Below are positions 56,790 to 64,000 of a stretch of 64,000 nucleotides of DNA, piece after piece (the first letter of the stretch is position 1; every line of letters begins with the position of its first letter). The notes beneath the pieces were generated by a model. That model was not told where the DNA came from. It was given only the letters and a program-made list of their open reading frames with translations, and ran no database searches. The stretch spans positions 1-64,000 of the forward strand of contig JALAGF010000577.1 in assembly GCA_030167865.1 (NCBI GenBank), given 5' to 3'. The translations under genes were made by a program, and so were the position numbers. Source of the stretch: Craspedostauros australis (Eukaryota).

Positions 56790-58811
56790 CGTCTTCTTGA
56801 TGCCGTCTCTTCTTCGACTCCTTCTGCGGCTGCCTCCTTTCTTTCCTTGCTCTTTGATGATCCGAAGTCCACGTGGCTGGGCTTTATGATCACGGACAAG
56901 TTGAGTCGAGTTGGGTTGAATTAATGTTGGCGTTTGCGTTTGCGTTTGTGTCGACGTTGATGTTGGGATTTGTGACCGCGGATCTTTGTGAGATGTTCGC
57001 GCTCGTTGGCATGTACTCGTACTTGTGATGGTATTATCCTTGTCACTCCTCAATGTCCATGCGATACGGTGCTTTGCGAGCAACGATGGTCGTAATGCTT
57101 ATGCTTTGGCTGATAGTGACGGTGACGGTAACGGGAGGGATCGTGATGGTGATGGATCTGTCTGTGAAAGTCGCGGCAACAGTGACAATGTCGTTGTCGT
57201 CGTTGTCGTTGTTGCCCTCGCTGTTCTTCTGTTGTGATTGCCACACGAATGCTCGTCCACAAGAGCGTCGGTATGGTATTGGTACAGTATGATGGAAGGT
57301 CGATGTTGCCTTGTTGTCTCTGTTAGCGTGGTCACGTGAAAGCAATTGAGAAACAGGCAATGGAGGGACCAACCATTTGATCGACGACCGACGAAATGAT
57401 TCGCAGTCTTTGCCACCGATTGTCGTTGTTGTCCAGGTCCAACAGCGCTATTTGAACCGCTGTGTATGCCATGGCCACAACGGCGAGAAGCAACCTTGAC
57501 CGAGGACGCCATGTGTTGCCCCATTCTTGCGTCAGGTGTAAACATGTTGCCCTCGCTTTGTGCCGCTGAGATTCCCTTGTTGGCGCGAAAGCAACATCAA
57601 ATGAGAACCACCTGCCTCGCCCCGATCGACGTTGGCATGGTCATTTAAACTAACTCCCGAATGGAACATCAATTTCCCGCCAACACCTCTTTGCTCATCG
57701 CGATGTTCCACATGTATCAGTGCAGTCGTGTTTGAGAAGCGCTTTTTGTGAGCGGCGAAACGTTTGGGCGGAACCGCGAACAGGGCAGGCTTCCCAACTG
57801 GTCGCCCGTGCTCGATTGTGTTATGGCGCTGCGAGGATGCGAGCGTGTCGCAACCAGCCTGCTCGGCAGTTGATTGGTATTTCGTCGATGTCTTACTCTA
57901 CATGCAACAGACAAGTCACGCACCAACAAACCCAAGACAATCGATAACTTCAACCCAACAGATGCGTCTTGGTTGTTGGGACAAGCGTGAAGAGTTGTTC
58001 TGTGCATTTCTGTTCCAACACGGGTTGGCTGGCTGAAGACGTGGGAAATAACGAAGCGCCAACGGATGACCGCGCCTGCATCGCACTCCCTCCATCGCCG
58101 AGTCCGCAACCGCCAGGAGGCTGTTCTTGTTGTCAAGCTCGATCGTTCAGGTCGTCTTATTCATTTGAGTCAAATGGGCTGGGAATGTTGTTGTGGAGAA
58201 CGCTACCGCTGGTGTAGCAAGATGTAGCATCGTAGCGTTTCCATTGCTATTCTTTGGAGTGGAGTACTCGAGTCTCTCTCTCTCTCTCACGACGAGTAGA
58301 TCAGAAAGGTTGATCACATTCGTTGACACCGTCGATGGGCGGGCTATCCAGAGATCGCCAGTGCTGGCTCACACCGTTGGTCTTTTCCTTCGTACATGGA
58401 GTATGGTACTCTGATTGTTGTCTTTGTTGTCTTTGTTGTCATTCCAGAAGGACCATTGCAGCGCCATCAAAGAGTGGGGGATTCTACGCACCTCCATATT
58501 TGCACTTGGAACGGGACATAAGAGAAGGGAGCAGAGAAGAGAAGAGGTGGACTTCTAGTTTGTGCAGATCCTCAAAGGATCCCTGTGCTGTGCGGCAGCA
58601 CTCGTGCAGAGCCCTCGTACTGCCCGAATTGATGAAAGAGGTGCGGGTCTGCCGCACATGGTACTCTAGACACGTACCATGCTTCGAACTCATTCCATGG
58701 CTGTCGTTGTTGTGTCCAACAGGAAGCTTTGCGGCAACAATTCGTGTTACTACTGACACCGCCATCAGCACAAACTCGAACCAATTCTATGTTCCGCAAT
58801 CCTGGACGGTG

Positions 58812-58832
58812 TCTCTCTCTCTCTCTCTCTCT
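58812..58832. repeat. (CT)n microsatellite
   Basis: tctctctctctctctctctct. Confidence 0.9.
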
Positions 58833-59522
58833 AGGCTCTTTCCTATGTGGTGTAACATAACATGGAGTAGGAACGATGGGTTCAGTCTCTTACCAAGTAT
58901 AACATGATATGATATGATACGATACAAGATCAACTGTCGTACTGTACCTGCTCTACTCCACATGCAACTACAGCTTGCGCTCACCATGATGCAAGCGATG
59001 CAACAAGAGCGCCCTCACCGAAGTTGGCCGCTGGGCCTGCCACATCACATGTGGAGAGAGACGTGCACATGTTCCGTTGGTCGGTGACACCGTAAGCATC
59101 CATGACCATGACGAACGTGAATGCTTTTTTCGTGTTTTGCCACGGTTCGCATGATGCAAAACCGAACTCTGCGATTTCGCAGATCCATGGATCAGCAAAA
59201 CAACTCACCTCCAGCACCAAAGAACCCAAACGAGAACAAATCCCACAAGAGGTGAAAGGCGACAATCACCAACCCAACACCAACCCAACACCAACCCAAC
59301 ACTAACCCAACACCAACACTGGCAGCATCGATACCAATACCAACACCAACGCCGAAGCATCAACGTTTCTCCTGCGCAGAGCACGAAGAACAAGCTCTCG
59401 CAGTTCTCGCTTGTGATATCTGCTCACAATTTGCTTCACTCCTTGTTGGCAATCAGTTTCCACGAGCATACCTTCGTTGCAATTCTTCTCAAGCAACAGC
59501 AACATTAACAGCCAACAGCACG

Positions 59523-62070
59523 ATGATGCTCGCAGGATCCAGACGATGCGTTTCGCAACTCCAAAGGCGTTCCATGCGCCTTGCGAGGGGCGAACGGTTC
59601 AAGAGCTCCGCGGAAGCCACCTCGAACAACGCAAGCAAGGTTGCCAAACCATCGGAGCCTGCAGCGTCCGGGCCCGCGTCCGCATCTTCTTCATCGGCGA
59701 ACGCTGGGGCAGCTCAGCTCAAGTCGACGCAGGACATGCTGAAGAAAGCCAGCCCTATCCTGCTGGGGATCGCCGGCGGCATTTTGATCGGCCGCCAGTC
59801 GGTGCCGGAGCACAACCATGGCCATGGCCATCACGATCATCATCACAAGGATCATGTCATTCCCAACGGAATGCCAAGGACTTGCTGCGATGCACCCGAC
59901 ATCACAGAGAACCAAAAGGCATTGTTCAAAACCTTGAAACGGATTGTCGGCAAGAAAAACCTCATCGATGGCAGGGTGGACACCACTGAGACTCTCCCGT
60001 ATCTCAAGGGAGCGAGGCTAGGACGAGGTTCCGCTTTGTACATCGTCAAACCGACCAAGTTGAAGCAAATCATCGAGATTGTGCAAGAATCTATCGATGC
60101 TGGATGTGTCGTGCTGGTCCAGGTGAGTTGGTGTTCGACACAGCGCATGGTGCTCACCACGCTGACGTATGATGTGGCATCGTGCCATTGCGTTACTATA
60201 CGCAACAACTCTATGCTCGACGAGAGTATGCACCATTGGCTTTAACATCATCGCATGCCTTGCACTTCACTTCACTTACTCATCTACATGATTCTCTCTC
60301 TCTCCCTTTCTGACGCGTTCAATTCACCCCATCGCTTCACAACGACTTCACGACCATTTGTATGGTGTACTTGTACCATCCTGCTGCATGACAATTTCTG
60401 TGTTTTATTCTTCCACAATACTGCACATTACGCACATACTGTGCATGCTGCGATGCTCCCGTTGCATTCGATTGTGCTTCACTGTATGATGTAACTTCCA
60501 ACAGGGCCAAAACACCGGCCTCACTGGAGGCTCCGTCCCCAGAAAGCACGACGATGAACGCCCCACGGTCCTCATCTCGATGAGGGATCTGGACACCATC
60601 TTCCCGATCGACGACGGCAAGCGAGTGGTGTGTCTCGCTGGAGCAGGCTTGGCATCGTTGCAGAACTTCATCCAAGGCTACTTCCCGGACAGAGAATCGC
60701 ACTCCATCCTCGGCTCGACCTTCCTCAACCCAACCACGGCGGCGGGTGTTGCCTTGGGGTCGGGCGGCACGCAATGCCGTAAGGGACCCGCCTTCACAGA
60801 CCGCGCCCTGTACCTCAAGGTGACGCAAGACAAGTTCGGCAAGAGCGTGGTGAAGGTGGTGAACACCTTGGGCGTCGACGGTTTCGATTCCGAGGAAGGT
60901 GAATTCGATGCTCACCTGGAACACTCCGGTGTGGTGCCAAAACTTGATGCCTACGTCGGCTTCGTCAAGAACAACAGCAAGCCGGACAGCAAGATGCGCA
61001 AATCCAACGACACGTACGGCAAGGAGGCCGCGAGTGATGTGGAGTACAAGGATAGGCTCTGCAAGAACGACAGCGGCATCAGCCGCTTCAATGCCGACAC
61101 CTCCGGCTGTGAATGCAACCGATCTGAAGGCAAGGTCTTGATCCTCGCCTCCGTGCACGACACCTTCGAGAAGCCGACGACGGCCAAGACGTTCTGGATC
61201 TCGTTTGACTCTCTCGAGACCGCCCTCAACTACCGCCGCGAAGTCTGCCTCAAGACGCCGCAAGACCTTCCCGTCAGCATGGAGTACCTCGACCGCGACT
61301 CATTCGAGGTCATCGATCAGTCCGGACGTATCCTGGGCAATGTGATCAAGGCCGTCGGTCCATCATCAGCCGTCGTCCGCAATTTGTGGAACGTCAAGCT
61401 GTGGATCGAATCGCTCCCCATCTCCGGCGCCTCCGTGTTCGCCGACAAGATGCTCTACCTGTTCAATCCCGTCTTCCCCAAACTTCTTCCCAACCCGGTT
61501 GTGAAGATGAGCCAGAAGTACGGCCACCACGTCGCCATCACAGTTGGTGACTACGACGGCAGCCTGGATCGCTTCATGGAGCGCATGGATGCCTTCCGCA
61601 AGCAGGAGGGTGACAAGGTCTCCGTCTACGAGTGTGCCTCCAAGTCGCAAGAAGCGAGTTTCACGGCCTTCCGCTTCATCGCGGCCCCAGCCTTCAGAAC
61701 CTGGTGCGTCGGCACTGGAAATCAAGGATTCAGCGTCGACTACGCTCTCCCCAAGAACGGCGGCGCCGTCCCGGACCTCGAGTCCTCCGCCGATGCGCCC
61801 CTGAAGCGCATGCGATACTCTCACTTCGCATGCAACGTCGTGCATGAAGATCTAGCGTTCGCTCCTGGCGTCGACGTCCACAAGCAGAAGATGGTTCTGA
61901 AGAACAACGTCGAACATAGCTGCGGTGGAAAGCTGCCTGCCGAGCATGGTCACGGCACCGAATACCACGCACCGAAGGAAACGAAGGAACGGTGGCAGAA
62001 CATGGATCCATTGAACGTCATGAATCCAGGCGTCGGCGGCCTCTCATCGAAGTACAAGTACGCCGAGTAA
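59523..62070 (+). CDS. dld: Bacterial-type FAD/quinone-dependent D-lactate dehydrogenase with a mitochondrial presequence; exons 59523-60122 and 60505-62070
   Basis: YLKGARLGRG.AL..VKP; spliced VQ|GQNTGLTGGSVP (cf. E. coli Dld QAANTGLTEGSTP); RFNAD; EYLDRDSF; HFACNVVHED; PAEHGHG.EY.AP; DPLN.MNPGVG. N-terminus is R/S-rich. Confidence 0.92.
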
Positions 62071-63039
62071 GCAACAGCAACAGCAGCTAGCAGAACTGCA
62101 CACGATACTCCGCTCGCTACATCCACTCCATCTACTTCACCTAACGCGCCCAATGCGCCAATTGTCTCCTCAATGCGGAGCTTCCATCTCAGCAAAATAA
62201 CAATTCATTTTTCATCCATTCATACACGCATCAGTGCAACGTGGAGATGCTCTGCCAGATGTCTTGATGCAGCGGCATAGCTCATATCATAATAGTAGAA
62301 TACGTTGTCAACTGTCACAACAGGATGAACTCATTTTCACAAAAAATGATAGCAACTGTAGTTCGTAGTTGCGATTTCCGAAGGACGAGCTGGTCAAAGG
62401 GCAAGCGAGCACTCGCAACTGCTCTCCTGGTCGACACAACTTCGCCTCGGCATCACACAGATCGTACTACCCATAGTCATAGTACCATCCTGTAGGAACC
62501 ACCATCCTGCGGATCTGTGATGTGCCACAAGAATCACGCTCATCCGATTCCTTTAGTCGTATCTGTAGCTTAGCAAATTGTTAGCATTTCTGTGGCTCGG
62601 ATGAGTCACACAATCTTGAATGACTCCTGCGACCACCTGGTGACGAAAAACGGAATGAGCTTTGGTGACGTCTTCTGTCACCAACGAGAACTCTTTCTCT
62701 TGGATCTTGGTTCTGGCTGGTTGGACGAAAAAAGAGAAAGAAAGAAAACAATCGATTCAACAGCACACGAAAGCGATTGCGCGAAACTCATCCATCACCG
62801 ATGACGATGCGAATCCGCGGAACTCCGCTTGGCGTGGGTTGTGGAATACACGAATACGTACTTGGGAGTCAAGCATCATACATAGTGCGAACGCGGAGAG
62901 AAAGAGAGAGCAAGAGAGCGTGCTGGTGCAACTACGCTTACAATTGCACTTTCATCAGGTCTCCAACAAGATCAACAACAACAACAACACAGGCATGTCG
63001 TTTGGAGGCAACTTTCGCATGCTACCTTCCACAGCCACC

Positions 63040-64000
63040 ATGACGAGGAACGAGGACGAGAATGCTGGGAGCATCGGAAGCACCGACGCCAACAGCAGTG
63101 CCAGCAACGACCGCAGCACGAGAACGACCGCAGGCTTTGGGATCTTTCCCTCCTCTTTGCTGCCAAGTTCCGCCGCAACGGATCCCAGCACATCACAACA
63201 AAGGGCATCGACCAGCCTAACCACGAGCATGACAGCTGGCACAAGTGGCAGCATTGCGGATGAAGGCCATCTGGAGGCCGCCATCCTTTCCGCCTACGAT
63301 CTTCCAACCAGTCGTCAGCCCATTGCGGTGACCATGAACATTGGCAACGTGACTGTTTCCACAGGGCCTCCAGTTGCCAAGCACAAGGATCGCAACTCCT
63401 TTCGCTTCAGCACCGGCAATGTGTCTTCGCCAGCATCGGCAACTGCGTCGTCCAGCATGCGCACTTCGTCAACGGAGAGCGCGAACGATGCCAATACGAA
63501 AAGCCACATTCTGCGCATCGTCAAGCCCTTTCCACAGCTGTACAGATCGACCGCGACGATCCGCCTGGTCTATGACGACCCAGATCTCAACCTGGAAACG
63601 AAGCTCTCGCTCAACGATTTGTGCATTGGTCAAACATCCTGGCAAATTCTCAATTTCATCCAATCGCCATCATCATCGTCATCACCAACACCACTTGCAG
63701 CAGCAGCAGCAACAACAACAACAATAACTGGAAGGACCCCGAATGCTGCAGGTACATCTGCAACTACTCATACTGCGACAGCATCGGCCGCGACAAGATA
63801 TTCCGCTCCATCGGTTGGCGATGACGTCGGCGACAATCCACCACCGACCATACGAATCAAGGTTCATCTGGATGCCCCGTACCGACCCGAAATCGCAGCG
63901 CTCATCGCCATCGCGCAATGGTGGTTCCATCTCGTCGATCGAACAGAGGATTGGATACGCGACGCTGCATCCAAGATACGCGTACCGACATCCTCCAACA
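63040..64000 (+). CDS. 5' part of a gene with a C2-like domain, truncated by the window edge
   Basis: Open from ATG 63040 to the window end; absent from the ORF track because it has no stop. Reads GHLEAAILSAYDLP...VTMNIGNVTVSTGPPVAKHKDRNSFRF...IRIKVHLDAPYRPEIAAL. Confidence 0.7.
   Translation, partial: MTRNEDENAGSIGSTDANSSASNDRSTRTTAGFGIFPSSLLPSSAATDPSTSQQRASTSLTTSMTAGTSGSIADEGHLEAAILSAYDLPTSRQPIAVTMNIGNVTVSTGPPVAKHKDRNSFRFSTGNVSSPASATASSSMRTSSTESANDANTKSHILRIVKPFPQLYRSTATIRLVYDDPDLNLETKLSLNDLCIGQTSWQILNFIQSPSSSSSPTPLAAAAATTTTITGRTPNAAGTSATTHTATASAATRYSAPSVGDDVGDNPPPTIRIKVHLDAPYRPEIAALIAIAQWWFHLVDRTEDWIRDAASKIRVPTSSN

Noticed and set aside
57100-59500. Short ORFs in the 2.4-kb region between LRR gene 2 and dld
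   Set aside because: They show no motifs or codon bias, so the region is treated as divergent intergenic/UTR sequence.

Overview
Gene-dense eukaryotic nuclear DNA with GT-AG introns of about 175-550 bp and many microsatellites. It is most consistent with a diatom: it carries an ASAFAP-type bipartite plastid presequence, diatom-type secreted LRR proteins and the diatom RVxF/'CTRGLE' family. About 23 protein-coding genes can be modelled. Recognisable genes are RPS20, Tudor-SN (SND1), TRAPPC6, LYRM7/MZM1, a bacterial-type FAD D-lactate dehydrogenase, a CRAL-TRIO protein, a mitochondrial carrier, a HEAT protein, a GNAT-YCII fusion and two LRR paralogs. The most striking unexplained structure is in the first 18.5 kb. 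Three paralogs share a short N-terminal motif and a ~50-aa C-terminal motif joined by unrelated disordered linkers, and two further genes carry a related RVxF-like module. Together they suggest a local cluster of candidate protein phosphatase 1 (PP1) regulators. A second highlight is a reconstructed 3-exon, 1186-aa head/coiled-coil/basic-tail protein with a synaptonemal transverse-filament-like architecture. No rRNA, tRNA or CRISPR array was recognised. All family calls are from motif recognition by eye, not database searches.
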